Positions 17,653 through 28,832 of a DNA stretch of 64,000 nucleotides are shown one piece after another. Position 1 is the first letter of the stretch. Each line of letters opens with the position of its first letter. The notes below the pieces were generated by a model. That model was given only the letters and a program-made list of their open reading frames with translations. It did no database searches and was not told the DNA's origin. Origin of the DNA: Methanosarcinales archaeon. GTDB taxonomy: Bacteria > Omnitrophota > Gorgyraeia > Duberdicusellales > 4484-171. Position numbers and translations under genes: made by a program. The stretch lies in NCBI GenBank assembly GCA_048634245.1, contig JAIWAR010000002.1, positions 5,418 to 69,417 on the forward strand, in the 5' to 3' direction.

Positions 17653-18507
17653 ATGGGTAAAAAAATAGAGGTTAATCTGGCAAAATCCGCGGGTTTCTGT
17701 TTTGGTGTAAAAAGAGCTCTGGATATCGCTATCCAGACCGCTAAAAAAAATAAGCAAGTCGAAATGCTGGGAGATATTGTCCACAATGAAGATGTGGTCA
17801 AAGAAATTACCTTAGCCGGAATCAAAAAAATTAAACGATTAGGCAAAGGAAAAAACAAAATTCTCTTAGTTCGGGCTCATGGAACATCTTCTAAAATACT
17901 TAAAAAAGCCCGTAAGCACGGCTATAAAATAATCGACGCTACCTGTCCGATGGTAAAAGAAATACATAAAATCGCCAAGGAAAATGAAAAAAAAGGTTAC
18001 CGAATCATCATTATTGGGGATAAAAAACACGATGAAGTCCGGGGCATCCTCGGACAGCTCAAAAAAAGCGCCCTGGTTATCGACGATATCAAAAACATCC
18101 CGGTAAAAAGCCTTACCAACATAAAAAAAGGAGCCGTAATAGTCCAATCAACGCAAAATTTAGATAAAACCCTTAAAGTGGTCCGAACTTTAGAAAGAGT
18201 CATCAAAGAGCTAAAGTTTTTCAACACAATATGCAAACCCACTCAAACCAAACAAGAAGAAATAAAAATACTGCCGCTTAAAAATGATATCATGATTATT
18301 GTCGGCTCAAAAACAAGCGCCAATACTAAGAGGCTTTATGAAATATCAAAGTCGCTCAATAAAAAAAGCTACTGGATTACTTCAAGAAAAGACTTAAATC
18401 AAGCCTGGTTTAGGAGTGTAAAAAAAGTGGGGGTGGCGACCGGAGCGTCAACTCCTGATTACACCACTGAAGACATCCTGGAATGTATAAAGAAATTTGT
18501 TCGATAA
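17653..18507 (+). CDS. ispH: 4-hydroxy-3-methylbut-2-enyl diphosphate reductase
   Basis: GFCFGVKRA, VHN, DATCPMV motifs with conserved Cys ligands. Confidence 0.9.
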   Translation: MGKKIEVNLAKSAGFCFGVKRALDIAIQTAKKNKQVEMLGDIVHNEDVVKEITLAGIKKIKRLGKGKNKILLVRAHGTSSKILKKARKHGYKIIDATCPMVKEIHKIAKENEKKGYRIIIIGDKKHDEVRGILGQLKKSALVIDDIKNIPVKSLTNIKKGAVIVQSTQNLDKTLKVVRTLERVIKELKFFNTICKPTQTKQEEIKILPLKNDIMIIVGSKTSANTKRLYEISKSLNKKSYWITSRKDLNQAWFRSVKKVGVATGASTPDYTTEDILECIKKFVR

Positions 18508-18516
18508 AATCAGGTT

Positions 18517-20613
18517 TTATTTGTTTTCCTTCTGCTTTTTCTCTTCGATAATTTTTTCAGAAATCGTTGACGGTACTTCTATATACTTTTCAAAGTGCAT
18601 AGTATAATTACCCCGGCCGCTGCTTAGAGAACGTAAGGCTGTGGCATACCCAAACATCTCTGATAACGGAACCTCAGCAGAGATTACCTGCTGATTACCT
18701 TTAGACTCAATTCCCAATACTTTGCCCCGGCGGGAGCAGATATTCCCCACAATATTACCTACATATTCTTCAGGAGTTGTAGCTTCTAAAGACATATGGG
18801 GCTCCAGCAATATTGGAATACTTTTCATAAAAGCCCTTTTAAAGCACTCTGCGGCAGCAAGTTTAAAAGCCAATTCTGAGGAATCTACGTCGTGATAAGA
18901 ACCGTCTGTAAGCTCAATTTTCACATCTACAACCGGATATCCGGCATAAATACCTTTCTGCATAGCAGAAATTACTCCTTTTTCTACCGCCGGGATATAT
19001 TCACGGGGAATCTTTCCACCGGTAATGCTATTTTTAAATTCAAATCCCTCACCGGGTTTAGTGGGTGAAATTTCCATAATAACATGAGCATATTGTCCCC
19101 GGCCGCCGGTTTGCTTAACATGTTTATATTCCTGGGCTACTGAACTTAATACCGTTTCCTTATAAGCTACCTTGGGCTGGCCCACGACTGCCTCAACACT
19201 AAATTCATGCTTTAGCCTGTCTACAATAATTTCCAAATGCAGCTCTCCCATACCTGAAATAATTGTCTCATCGGTCTCTTTGTCAGTATGCACAATAAAT
19301 GTGGGATCCTCCTCAGCCAGCTTCAGCAAAGCTTTAGATATTTTATCTTGTCCAGCCCGGTTTTCGGGTTTAACGCTAATGGACATTACCGGTGCCGGAA
19401 ATTCAATAGCTTCTAAGAGCACCGGTTTATCTACGCAAGATAAGGTATCCCCGGTTACAGTATAGTCTAGGCCAATAATTGCTGCGATATCGCCGGCATA
19501 AATAGTCGAACGGCTTTCTCTCTGGTTAGCATGCATCTGTAAAATTCTTCCCACTCTTTCTTTTTTATCTTTGGTAACATTAAGAATATAAGAACCGGCA
19601 TCAAGTTTTCCGGAATAAACCCTAAAATATACCAGCTTACCCATATGAGGGTCAGTCTGGACCTTAAAAGCTAAGGCTGAAAAAGGTTCTTGGTCTGAAG
19701 GAGCCCGCTCAATGACCTTTTCACAATCTTCAGGATCACTTCCTTTTACCGGAGGTTGATCTGAAGGTGCCGGAAGGTATAAAGTTATAGCATCAAGTAA
19801 TCTTTGCACACCTTTATTACGAAAGGCTGAGCCGCAAAGAGCGGGAACAATTTTATTAGCAATGGTACCTTTACGAATTGCCGGAATTAATTCCTGAGAG
19901 GCTATAGTATCCTCAGACTCTAAATACTTCTCCATAAGAGAATCTTCCAACTCTACCGCTTTCTCCACCATGATATGGTGATATTTTTTAGCCACTTCTT
20001 TATATTCATTGGGAATCTCTTCAACATGAAAATTCCTACCCAAGGATTCATCATCATAAATATAAGCCTTCATCTCTATAAGGTCAATGATTCCCCGAAA
20101 ATTATCCTCAGCTCCAATAGGAATCTGTAAAGGGATTATATTGGCCCCTAAATCACCTTCAATACTCTTAAGGACCGCAAAAAAATCAGCACCGACCCGG
20201 TCCATCTTATTTACAAAGGCAATTTTAGGTACCTGGTATTTATCAGACTGGTGCCAAACAGTCTCTGATTGAGGCTCAACTCCTCCAACCGCACAAAAAA
20301 CCGCTATTGCTCCGTCTAAAACTCTTAAGCTTCTTTCCACTTCAACGGTAAAATCAACATGCCCCGGAGTATCAATAATATTAACCTTACAATCCCCCCA
20401 GTAACAAGTAGTTGCGGCTGAGGTGATGGTAATCCCTCTCTCCTGCTCCTGCTTCATCCAATCCATTTGCGCGGCACCGTCATGAACTTCACCGATTTTG
20501 TGAGAACGCCCGGAGTAGAAGAGAATCCTTTCGGTCAAGGTGGTTTTACCGGCATCGATATGGGCCATAATCCCGATATTTCTGACTTTTTTTAGCTCTA
20601 TTTGACGACTCAT
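18517..20613 (-). CDS. fusA: Elongation factor G (stand-alone copy, possibly an EF-G2 paralog)
   Basis: [18 protein letters not shown] GTPase motifs; 698 aa. Confidence 0.9.
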   Translation of the reverse strand: MSRQIELKKVRNIGIMAHIDAGKTTLTERILFYSGRSHKIGEVHDGAAQMDWMKQEQERGITITSAATTCYWGDCKVNIIDTPGHVDFTVEVERSLRVLDGAIAVFCAVGGVEPQSETVWHQSDKYQVPKIAFVNKMDRVGADFFAVLKSIEGDLGANIIPLQIPIGAEDNFRGIIDLIEMKAYIYDDESLGRNFHVEEIPNEYKEVAKKYHHIMVEKAVELEDSLMEKYLESEDTIASQELIPAIRKGTIANKIVPALCGSAFRNKGVQRLLDAITLYLPAPSDQPPVKGSDPEDCEKVIERAPSDQEPFSALAFKVQTDPHMGKLVYFRVYSGKLDAGSYILNVTKDKKERVGRILQMHANQRESRSTIYAGDIAAIIGLDYTVTGDTLSCVDKPVLLEAIEFPAPVMSISVKPENRAGQDKISKALLKLAEEDPTFIVHTDKETDETIISGMGELHLEIIVDRLKHEFSVEAVVGQPKVAYKETVLSSVAQEYKHVKQTGGRGQYAHVIMEISPTKPGEGFEFKNSITGGKIPREYIPAVEKGVISAMQKGIYAGYPVVDVKIELTDGSYHDVDSSELAFKLAAAECFKRAFMKSIPILLEPHMSLEATTPEEYVGNIVGNICSRRGKVLGIESKGNQQVISAEVPLSEMFGYATALRSLSSGRGNYTMHFEKYIEVPSTISEKIIEEKKQKENK

Positions 20614-20792
20614 AATTTACTCCTATCTTAGGCAAATACTTTTTTATATCGCTTTATACGAAGCATTTTCCGGTTACTGATAATAAGAAGACGCTATTAT
20701 ACTGAATACCGAGGATAAAGCAACATTTTTTTGAAAAAATACTAACCGTAAGATATGCGCTTAAGCGATAGGGAGGAGTAACAGTGGCCGAT

Positions 20793-21341
20793 TTAGCTAA
20801 ACCAAAAGCCGTATTTACGCCCGGTTTGGCCATCAATTACTGCATGTTTATCCGGAGCAAGCCGCAAAGCTTCATGAATTGACTTATCGAAAGTAAAAAG
20901 TTCAACATGCTTTCCGTAACGTTCCTTAATTTCACCGATAACTTCAGCAAAATCAGAGTCTCCGGAAACTAAAGCAACGGTATCGTATTGATTATTAACA
21001 GCCTTAGAAAACATATCCAAAGAAATCTTAATATCCACTCCTTTCTGGACCCAGCCGTCATGGAACCGGACTAATCTTCCCAATTTAATCTCAAGATAAG
21101 GAATGCTTAATTTAAGGCGTCTTAGATAATCCTGTTGTTCCTTGTAAGTTTGAGGATTTTCCTCTTGATTTAATCTTGACGAATAGTAATAAACCCGGAT
21201 TAGTTTTCTCTTGGCGGTTATCCAGCGGACTATATTTTTCCAGTCAATATCTGTCCGCTTAATCGACTTTCCCTTGCCTAATAAGTTGTACATTTTTGAA
21301 ACAACATACTCAGCATCAATAAATATCATTAATCGATCCAT
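20793..21341 (-). CDS. NYN-domain (LabA-like) protein, second paralog
   Basis: IFIDAEY...ALVSGDSDF motifs. Confidence 0.65.
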   Translation of the reverse strand: MDRLMIFIDAEYVVSKMYNLLGKGKSIKRTDIDWKNIVRWITAKRKLIRVYYYSSRLNQEENPQTYKEQQDYLRRLKLSIPYLEIKLGRLVRFHDGWVQKGVDIKISLDMFSKAVNNQYDTVALVSGDSDFAEVIGEIKERYGKHVELFTFDKSIHEALRLAPDKHAVIDGQTGRKYGFWFS

Positions 21342-21352
21342 TTTCCTCCTAT

Positions 21353-21904
21353 TTATTTCATATAAGCTTTTATAATCTTCTGCTCTGTAATTGGTTTACT
21401 AGATGAATCCGCAGCCGAATTCTCTATTTTTTCAACAACATTGTATCCGGAAATAACTTCACCAAATATAGTATGACGCATATTAAGCCACGGAGTCTTG
21501 GCTGTCGTGATAAAAAATTGGCTTCCATTGGTATTAGGGCCGGAATTAGCCATAGCCAGAATTCCTTGCTTATCAAACTTTAGTTCGCTGTTGACCTCAT
21601 CCTTAAAAGAAGCTCCCCAAAGTGAACTGCCACCGGTTCCGGTGCCTGTAGGATCCCCTCCCTGAATCATAAAATCTTTTATTACCCGATGAAAAATTAT
21701 TCCATCATAATAACCTTTCTCAATTAAACCGATAAAATTCTCACAAGCCTTAGGGGCTGCCTCGGGAAATAATTTAATTTCGATTAAGCCTTGATTAGTC
21801 TCTAGCACCGCGATTTTATCTTCCATCTTTATCTCCTCTCCGTAAATACTGCTCATAAATACACTTACCACTAATAAAATTAAAAATCTCTTAAACAGCA
21901 TCAT
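21353..21904 (-). CDS. Cyclophilin-type peptidyl-prolyl cis-trans isomerase (exported)
   Basis: [21 protein letters not shown]; N-terminal signal peptide. Confidence 0.85.
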   Translation of the reverse strand: MMLFKRFLILLVVSVFMSSIYGEEIKMEDKIAVLETNQGLIEIKLFPEAAPKACENFIGLIEKGYYDGIIFHRVIKDFMIQGGDPTGTGTGGSSLWGASFKDEVNSELKFDKQGILAMANSGPNTNGSQFFITTAKTPWLNMRHTIFGEVISGYNVVEKIENSAADSSSKPITEQKIIKAYMK

Positions 21905-21941
21905 ACCTCCCGTTTCCTTGTCTTTTTCTAATTTATACCTG

Positions 21942-22172
21942 TTAAATTTCGGCTTGTTTTATTAATTTGCGGTAATACTCAACGCATTCGGAACAAGTTA
22001 AATCCTCTTGTTTCCATTTGGGGTGGTCTTTTTTGATAAGATTAAGCAGGTACTCTTCAGCCTTAGCATGCTCCAAAGAATGAGCCTCATGAACCATTCT
22101 CCTGCAAATCTGACACCTATATTTCTTACTCTTAGAAAAAGTCCTTGTAACATTATTTAAAAATTTCTTCAC
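21942..22172 (-). CDS. Small zinc-ribbon hypothetical protein
   Basis: CQIC...CSEC pairs. Confidence 0.35.
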   Translation of the reverse strand: MKKFLNNVTRTFSKSKKYRCQICRRMVHEAHSLEHAKAEEYLLNLIKKDHPKWKQEDLTCSECVEYYRKLIKQAEI

Positions 22173-22193
22173 AAAACTCCTTTTGTTTAAAAC

Positions 22194-22523
22194 TTACTGT
22201 TTTATAAAAACTATTTTTAAGGTAGTGCGTACTTTATCCTGCCAGGGCCAAAACATAGCTATCACGGTAATATTTCCAAACCGCTTCCTATATAAAGGCT
22301 GACTACCCCTAACCCCCCCGTATTTTTTAGTTAGCTCGGCGTCCTCTTCAATGGGCTCTTCCCCAACCGGCTTCACTGCTGCGCCTAAGATACCTTCAAA
22401 AAGACGAGTCCACTCCGCAATATCTTTAGTATAAAAAACAATCTCATAATAATCACTAGAACTAACCCTCTCTTCATAAATATCTAAGGTTTTACATTTC
22501 TTAACAATTTCTTTCAAAGTCAT
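22194..22523 (-). CDS. Hypothetical protein (109 aa)
   Basis: ORF only. Confidence 0.3.
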   Translation of the reverse strand: MTLKEIVKKCKTLDIYEERVSSSDYYEIVFYTKDIAEWTRLFEGILGAAVKPVGEEPIEEDAELTKKYGGVRGSQPLYRKRFGNITVIAMFWPWQDKVRTTLKIVFIKQ

Positions 22524-22596
22524 GCCTGTTCCTTGTTTATAATTTTTTAATTTTTATTTTTAATCAATAAACATTATCCGCGAAATTAAGATTTAG

Positions 22597-23736
22597 TCAA
22601 TCAAAATCACTGTATATCCGGCCAAAGTCTATTCCGCCAATAATTTTTGACCGGTATTTTTTTCTAAGATCTCTCATCGCAGTATCTAAGTCCTCACTCT
22701 GCACACCATTCGCTCGGGACAAATAAGCTTCAATAAAAGCGGCTAACTCGTCAATACCCTTAATCAACTCACCATCTCTTTCTACGCGGCCGCCGGAAGT
22801 TAATATATCTGTGAATTCATTCTCGGTAAACATATGCATATCCAAATGCCAGCTTTTCGGAATCAATTTAAATATTTTCCTCTCCATCTCAAACCGTTCG
22901 TACTCTTTGATCAAATCTTTCAATCCTACAACTGCTCTCTTTACCGGATTAATCACATCCCGGGTAAGGACTTCAGGCAAGTCATGGAATAAGCCGGTAA
23001 AGTAATTATTTATACAGCGTTTTTTATCAGCTCCTGTCTCTAAAGAAAAAAAATAAGCCAACATAGCCACGATCAACATATGTCCTAATACCGATGTCTT
23101 CGGAACCCGGTACAAATGGCTCCAGCGTATCTGAAATCTCAGCTGCCCGCAAATATTTACGAAATCGGTTAATTCTTTAGAGTGCAATAGCTCCTGCATG
23201 CTCTTTAAGTCCTGATACTTCTCTTGTTTAGCGCGAATATCTTCTTTTATTTCTTCTATGGCATACCCTTTAGGATTAGCCCGTTCAATTATATCAAACT
23301 CCCATTTGGTAGCATAAAAATGGGCCGCGCTTATGATTCGGCGATTCACATTACGCTCAGCATCATGCAGATACTTCTTAAATCGTAAACAAAAATCTCC
23401 GCCCAAAGGAATTATGACCGGGCTTATCCTTTTATAAACCCACTCGTTTAACCTCTTATATTGCCCGGCATTTTCTTTTATTCTGTGGAATAAAGTCGGT
23501 TTTAGATCGGTGAGGATAATACGCTGCAAGAATTCGAATAATCCGGCTTCTATTACTTCTATCCAGTCAAAGTCTTTATTATTCAAATCCTCTTCACGCT
23601 TACCCAGGCAGTAAGCAATAACCATCTTATGCGCCTGCTTATCCAGCTCTGTCAGCTCAACAGTACGGATTTGATCATTCCACCGCTGCATCTGAGCAGC
23701 TTCATAAAGTTTCAGAAGAAATGGCTTGGTTATCAT
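22597..23736 (-). CDS. HD-domain phosphohydrolase, YfbR-like 5'-deoxynucleotidase fold, apparently a tandem duplication with a degenerate first copy
   Basis: C-terminal half RVPKTSVLGHMLIVAML...GLFHDLPEVLTRDVINPVK matches YfbR (H..HD..E..D..P.K). The N-terminal half has an RWNDQIRTVELTELDKQAHKM echo without the H/HD. Confidence 0.55.
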   Translation of the reverse strand: MITKPFLLKLYEAAQMQRWNDQIRTVELTELDKQAHKMVIAYCLGKREEDLNNKDFDWIEVIEAGLFEFLQRIILTDLKPTLFHRIKENAGQYKRLNEWVYKRISPVIIPLGGDFCLRFKKYLHDAERNVNRRIISAAHFYATKWEFDIIERANPKGYAIEEIKEDIRAKQEKYQDLKSMQELLHSKELTDFVNICGQLRFQIRWSHLYRVPKTSVLGHMLIVAMLAYFFSLETGADKKRCINNYFTGLFHDLPEVLTRDVINPVKRAVVGLKDLIKEYERFEMERKIFKLIPKSWHLDMHMFTENEFTDILTSGGRVERDGELIKGIDELAAFIEAYLSRANGVQSEDLDTAMRDLRKKYRSKIIGGIDFGRIYSDFD

Positions 23737-23748
23737 ATTTTAATTATA

Positions 23749-26700
23749 TCACTGATTCTCTTCTTTCTGCTCAGATTTTTTCACAGTTGCGTGCCCGGTA
23801 AGTTTAAAATCAATATCATCAATAATAGCATAGATACAGGGTAAAACGATTAAAGTTAAAGCGGTCGCGCAAATAATACCCCAAACAATAGTAAGAGCCA
23901 TAGGCCGCAGGAAAGGGTCGCCTCCCCAAATACCATAGGCTGTGGGGGTTAAACCCAAAGCAGTAGTAATTGTAGTAAGTAATACCGGCCTTAAACGCAG
24001 CTGGCCGGCACGAACAATAGATTCTCTTCTTTTAACTCCTTTGCGCCGCAGATTATTGACAAATTCAACTAAAACAATAGAGTCATTAACCACAATTCCC
24101 ATCAATCCTACAATACCCATCAACATAAAAAAACTTAAGACTAAGCCATGAAAGAAAAAAGCCCAAATAACCCCGATAAGGCCAAAAGGAATCGCCATCA
24201 TTACCACTGCCGGTTGAATTAAAGAATTAAAATTAGCCGCTAATATAAGAAAAATCAAAAAGATTGCCAACCCGAAAGCTCTTATAAAATCTTTTCCCGA
24301 TCTAATATTCTCCTGCTGTTCTCCACCATATTCTATACGGTAACCGGGATATTCTCGAGATACATCCTTAAACTCTCTCTCCAGAAGATTGTTAACCCTA
24401 AGCGAAGTAATAGCCTTAACGTCAACATCAGCCCGGATAGTAATTACTCTTTTTCCGCCTAAGTGCCGAATACGGGTTAAAGCTTCTTTATCCTCTAGGC
24501 GAGCAACTTTATTCAGAGGGATAAGATTGCCAAATTCATTAGAAATAAAAATCTTATCAAAAGTTTCCTTCTTGTCCCGATACTCTTCGGGAAAACGCAC
24601 TAAAACATCAATTTCCTCCTCAGCCTTTACCGGCTTAATTGAGGTAGCTACCCCTCCATGGAAAACATTACGAATAGAAGAAGCGATATCCGCAACCGAC
24701 AGGTATGCTCTTGCCGCCTCTTCCTGATTAACAACTACCCGGATTTCACTTCTTCCAACCTCATAATCAGAGGTAATATCCAAAACCCCTTTAGTGCTTT
24801 TCAAGAACCCGATTATCTCATCGGAAATTTCCTTTAAGACTGAAAATTTCTCTCCCCTAATTTTAACCGCTACAGCTTTTCCTATTGGCGGGCCGCCTTC
24901 CTGTTTTTCGAAGTAAATCTTATCAAAACCCTCTATGCCTTTGATCTTCTCCTTTAACCCCCTAATAATTTGAGAAACGGTTTGCTTACGTTCAGTGTAA
25001 GGAGTAAGGTGTACTGCGATTTGAGCGGTGTGGCTTCCGGATTTACCGTAAGGGTCAAACATCCAGGTTTCACCGATTGAACCAACTTGGGTGGTATAAG
25101 TATCTAATTGATTTTGAGGCAGCTCTTTGACCTTATCCTCTACCTGCTCTATTAATTCATTGGTCGTATAAAGACTTGTTCCCACCGGAGCCTCAACTCT
25201 AATCCAAAACTGTTCAATTCCTTCCTCTGTGCTAAAAAGAACAAAAGGCATATTTATAGCCAGGATAATTGTAAACAAAAACAAGATAATTATCCCTAAA
25301 ACAACCCAATAGCGCCGGTTTAGGGCTTTATTCACAATATTGGTATAAAATTTAAGAAGCTGCTTAAACCAGGGTAATTCCTTTCTCGACTTAAAATTCT
25401 TTTTACCAAAATGAACAAAATCCGCGAAGTGAGAAGGCAAAATCACTAAAGCTTCAAATAATGAGGCTGATAAAGCAATAATCACAACCAAGGGTATTCC
25501 CCAGATAAATTTGCCCAGCATCCCTCCCATAAACATAAGCGGGGAAAAAGCCGCAATTGTAGTAATGATGGTAACAGTAACCGGCTTAGCTACTTCCCGG
25601 GTTCCCAAAATTGCAGCTTCTCCGGGGTTAAATCCTTTCTCCAGATAGCGAGAACAATTTTCAGCTATAATAATTCCGTCATCCACTAACATACCTAAGA
25701 CTATAATTAAACCGAACATAGTAATAAGATTAATACTTAAACCAAATAAACCCATTAAAGCTATGGTGGCTGCGAAGGCAATAGGCAGGCCTAAGGCGGT
25801 TATTAAAGCAACCCGGAAATTCAAAAAGAGCATAAGAACACAACAAATCAGAAATATACCGATAATTCCATTATTCTTTAAAACCCCTAATCTTCTTGTA
25901 ATATAATAAGATATGTCGTTTATGTAGGCGGTTTTCAATTTAGGGGCACTTTGAGCAAAAAAGTTTTCAGTCTCCTTTTTCACCTCCTCAACAATCTTGA
26001 TAGTATCGCCGGATGCTCTCTTAATGACAGTAAGACTAATGGCCCTCATTCCATAACTCTTATTTATTATATCCTCATCTTCAAAAGAAAACCGCACAGC
26101 CGCCACATCTTTTACGCGCAGCCAATTACCGGATTCATTAGCCCTAATAACCACATTCTCAATTTCTTCTTTAGTATAAAATTCACCGGTGGTACGAATG
26201 CTAAATTCCTCCTTACCTCGTACTTTTCCTCCGGGAATACTCATATTTCGCTTTTTTAAAGCTTGCATTATCTCTTCTAAGCTCACATAGGCATCACGCA
26301 TTTTGTCGGGATTAACCTCAACCCAGACTTCCGTATCCCGATAACCTTTTCGGGAAATTGAAGACACTCCGGGAATATCTTCGAGTATATCCCCCAAATT
26401 CTCAGCATATTCCTGAAGCTCTGCTTCCGACAACTCCCCGCTTAATGCCACCTGAATTATAGGAATTTCACCGGAAGTAATTTCAGTTACTACAGGGTCA
26501 TCTTTAACGCCCTGGGGAAGATCCCGGACACGGTCAACAGCCTTTTGGATATTATCAACAACCTTATCTTTATCCTTTATATCCTGGCTAATTTTTATCA
26601 AAATGTTAGACATATTTTCAATGGAGGTAGACTGCATTTCTTCAATCCCGTCAACGCCTTTCAGCTCTTTCTCAATGGGTATAGTAACCAGCCTCTCTAT

Positions 26701-26880
26701 TTCCTGAGATGGAGCTCCGGGGTAAGCAGCAGCAATGACCACAATATCGTATGAGACCTCTGGAAAGGCCTCCCTCCTGATCTTATAGACAAAAAGAGTG
26801 TAAAAACCGGCGATAAGGATAAAAAGAGAGATAAGATTTATTAAAAGTGAGTTTTTTACTGAAAATTCTGAAATCTTCAT
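23749..26880 (-). CDS. RND-family efflux transporter permease (AcrB/CzcA-like, 12 TM)
   Basis: 1043 aa with a typical RND TM/periplasmic loop organisation. Confidence 0.85.
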   Translation of the reverse strand: MKISEFSVKNSLLINLISLFILIAGFYTLFVYKIRREAFPEVSYDIVVIAAAYPGAPSQEIERLVTIPIEKELKGVDGIEEMQSTSIENMSNILIKISQDIKDKDKVVDNIQKAVDRVRDLPQGVKDDPVVTEITSGEIPIIQVALSGELSEAELQEYAENLGDILEDIPGVSSISRKGYRDTEVWVEVNPDKMRDAYVSLEEIMQALKKRNMSIPGGKVRGKEEFSIRTTGEFYTKEEIENVVIRANESGNWLRVKDVAAVRFSFEDEDIINKSYGMRAISLTVIKRASGDTIKIVEEVKKETENFFAQSAPKLKTAYINDISYYITRRLGVLKNNGIIGIFLICCVLMLFLNFRVALITALGLPIAFAATIALMGLFGLSINLITMFGLIIVLGMLVDDGIIIAENCSRYLEKGFNPGEAAILGTREVAKPVTVTIITTIAAFSPLMFMGGMLGKFIWGIPLVVIIALSASLFEALVILPSHFADFVHFGKKNFKSRKELPWFKQLLKFYTNIVNKALNRRYWVVLGIIILFLFTIILAINMPFVLFSTEEGIEQFWIRVEAPVGTSLYTTNELIEQVEDKVKELPQNQLDTYTTQVGSIGETWMFDPYGKSGSHTAQIAVHLTPYTERKQTVSQIIRGLKEKIKGIEGFDKIYFEKQEGGPPIGKAVAVKIRGEKFSVLKEISDEIIGFLKSTKGVLDITSDYEVGRSEIRVVVNQEEAARAYLSVADIASSIRNVFHGGVATSIKPVKAEEEIDVLVRFPEEYRDKKETFDKIFISNEFGNLIPLNKVARLEDKEALTRIRHLGGKRVITIRADVDVKAITSLRVNNLLEREFKDVSREYPGYRIEYGGEQQENIRSGKDFIRAFGLAIFLIFLILAANFNSLIQPAVVMMAIPFGLIGVIWAFFFHGLVLSFFMLMGIVGLMGIVVNDSIVLVEFVNNLRRKGVKRRESIVRAGQLRLRPVLLTTITTALGLTPTAYGIWGGDPFLRPMALTIVWGIICATALTLIVLPCIYAIIDDIDFKLTGHATVKKSEQKEENQ

Positions 26881-26890
26881 AACAAAACCT

Positions 26891-28369
26891 CTACAAGGGC
26901 TCCTTCCAATACTTATCTAATAAAACATTCTTTGCCAAATCCAGTTCAATAAGCTTTACCCGGTAAGTATAAAAATTAGATGCTAAATTCAACCTTGCCT
27001 TCAGAAGATCCTCTTCGTACTGAATAAGAGTATCGGCATTTGACCGGCCGTAACCTATGCGTTTTATCTGGCTATCAAGCTTTTTCTGATGCAGCTTGAT
27101 TATAGACTCATATAACCTAACCTGATTATCAGCTGTATTAACCTGGTTTACCTTATCATTGATCTCCTGCAGAATAAGGCGCTCAACCCGCTTTAAGCGA
27201 AGCAAGAACTGCCTTTTTTCCAAATTTACTTTCTCTAATTCAGCCTTTGCCTTACGGTTCTCTAAGGATACTTTAAAAATTAGTTTAAAAGATACTTCAT
27301 CATTGCTATTATCTGCAATACCTTCCCAAGCCTTACTTCTTTGCGAATTAATATTGTTGCGGCTAAGAGTAGCTTCCAAATCTATTTCCGGCCAGAGCGC
27401 ATTTTTCTTAATCACAATATCAATTTTATTTTTCTTAAGCTCATTTCTTAAACGTTTATAGTCACGCCGCCAAAAAGTAGACTCTTTAAGGGCCTCATAT
27501 AAATTGACTACGGCAGTACTACAAACTAAATCATCTTTAGGCCTAACTTTTTCTTCAAAATCTCCTCTATTTATTAAGAAGAGTAGTTCATTCTTTGCTG
27601 TTTTCTGCGCTAGATAAGCTACTGCGAGATCGCTTTCTCTAGTGCGAACAAGAGCCTCTAAACTTAAAAGTTCACTCTCTTCAACTAAACCTAAAGAATG
27701 TTTATCATGATAAATCCTATAAAGCCTTTCTGCGCTCTTAAACATATCCTCGCTTATCAAGCGCTCCTCATTCTTCAAAACAAGATTCCAGTAAGACTTC
27801 TGGGCTTTATATATCGTCTCCTCAATATCATCTAAAGAGGTAAATTCTGAATTTTCAATATCAATTTTGGTAATTTTAATCTCGGAGCGATCGGCCAAAC
27901 CGAAGAAGTTCTTGCCTAACTCCTGGGTTAAAGAAAGTCCGACCAAAGCCTCATTGTAAGGATTTAAGACGCTGGCGGTGCCATCAGTTCGCTTCTTGCT
28001 TGCCGCAGTATCTAAAGATAGAGTTGTCCCTGTGGGAAACTTTTTCTCTAGCCCTAAAGAAAAAACATATTCTGTAGCCTCTGAACCGGCAGAAATGCTA
28101 TTTTGAGCTTTTTTATTCCGGTTATAGCCGGCCTCGGCACTAAAAATAGCGTCAAATATTGACTGAGCATCACCCAGAGAAGTCCGGCTTATATAAGCGT
28201 CGTATTGGGCAATCTGAATATCTAAAGAGTTCGCCAGAGCCAGCTCAGTTACATCTTCTAAGGATAACTCGATTACTTCCGAGGATGTCTCCTGAGAGTA
28301 TACCTTAGCGGTTAAACCCAATACCAGAAAAAAGAATATTATATACTTATTTCTTCTTATCCTTTCCAT
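26891..28369 (-). CDS. TolC-family outer-membrane efflux protein
   Basis: Signal peptide and duplicated OEP coiled-coil/beta repeats. Confidence 0.75.
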   Translation of the reverse strand: MERIRRNKYIIFFFLVLGLTAKVYSQETSSEVIELSLEDVTELALANSLDIQIAQYDAYISRTSLGDAQSIFDAIFSAEAGYNRNKKAQNSISAGSEATEYVFSLGLEKKFPTGTTLSLDTAASKKRTDGTASVLNPYNEALVGLSLTQELGKNFFGLADRSEIKITKIDIENSEFTSLDDIEETIYKAQKSYWNLVLKNEERLISEDMFKSAERLYRIYHDKHSLGLVEESELLSLEALVRTRESDLAVAYLAQKTAKNELLFLINRGDFEEKVRPKDDLVCSTAVVNLYEALKESTFWRRDYKRLRNELKKNKIDIVIKKNALWPEIDLEATLSRNNINSQRSKAWEGIADNSNDEVSFKLIFKVSLENRKAKAELEKVNLEKRQFLLRLKRVERLILQEINDKVNQVNTADNQVRLYESIIKLHQKKLDSQIKRIGYGRSNADTLIQYEEDLLKARLNLASNFYTYRVKLIELDLAKNVLLDKYWKEPL

Positions 28370-28814
28370 AAAAAGCCCTTTTTATTTTGTGTAGAATCGC
28401 TAAATAAGCCTGACGTTCTTTTTCGGTAAGAACACCGAAAATTTCAGCGATAATTTTCTTGCGGGCTACCCTTGTCTTCTCGGTAATTTTCTTACCTTCT
28501 TCAGTCAAGGTAATAAATATAACTCTCCTGTCTTCTTCATCATATACACGCTTTGCCAGCTTCATTGACACCAGCCGATTAATTAAACCAGTGGCAGCCG
28601 GAAGGCTTATCCGCAAAGCCTTAGCAATGCTCTTCATCTTCAAAGACTCATCCGTATGAAGCACCTCTAATGCAATGTATTGAGGGAAAGTAATTTTACC
28701 CCGGATTAAAGCATCAGCCCGGTTCTTCAGCATAGAACTCGCTAAACGCTGTATATAGGTTAGGGTTTGAGCAAAGTCTCCGGAAAATTCTAAAAGTTGT
28801 GTTTTTTTAGACAT
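28347..28814 (-). CDS. MarR-family transcriptional regulator
   Basis: wHTH region LKMKSIAKALRISLPAATGLINRLVSMKLAKRVYDEEDRR. Confidence 0.8.
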   Translation of the reverse strand: MSKKTQLLEFSGDFAQTLTYIQRLASSMLKNRADALIRGKITFPQYIALEVLHTDESLKMKSIAKALRISLPAATGLINRLVSMKLAKRVYDEEDRRVIFITLTEEGKKITEKTRVARKKIIAEIFGVLTEKERQAYLAILHKIKRAFYGKDKKK

Positions 28815-28832
28815 ATTTAGCCTCCTTAATGA

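Noticed and set aside
17631-18242. Minus-strand ORFs overlapping ispH (17631-17858, 17866-18147, 17997-18242)
   Set aside because: They lie antisense to a conserved, motif-verified ispH and are spurious.
24389-26754. Plus-strand ORFs inside the RND gene (24389-24727, 25951-26259, 26545-26754)
   Set aside because: They lie antisense to a 1043-aa conserved transporter gene.
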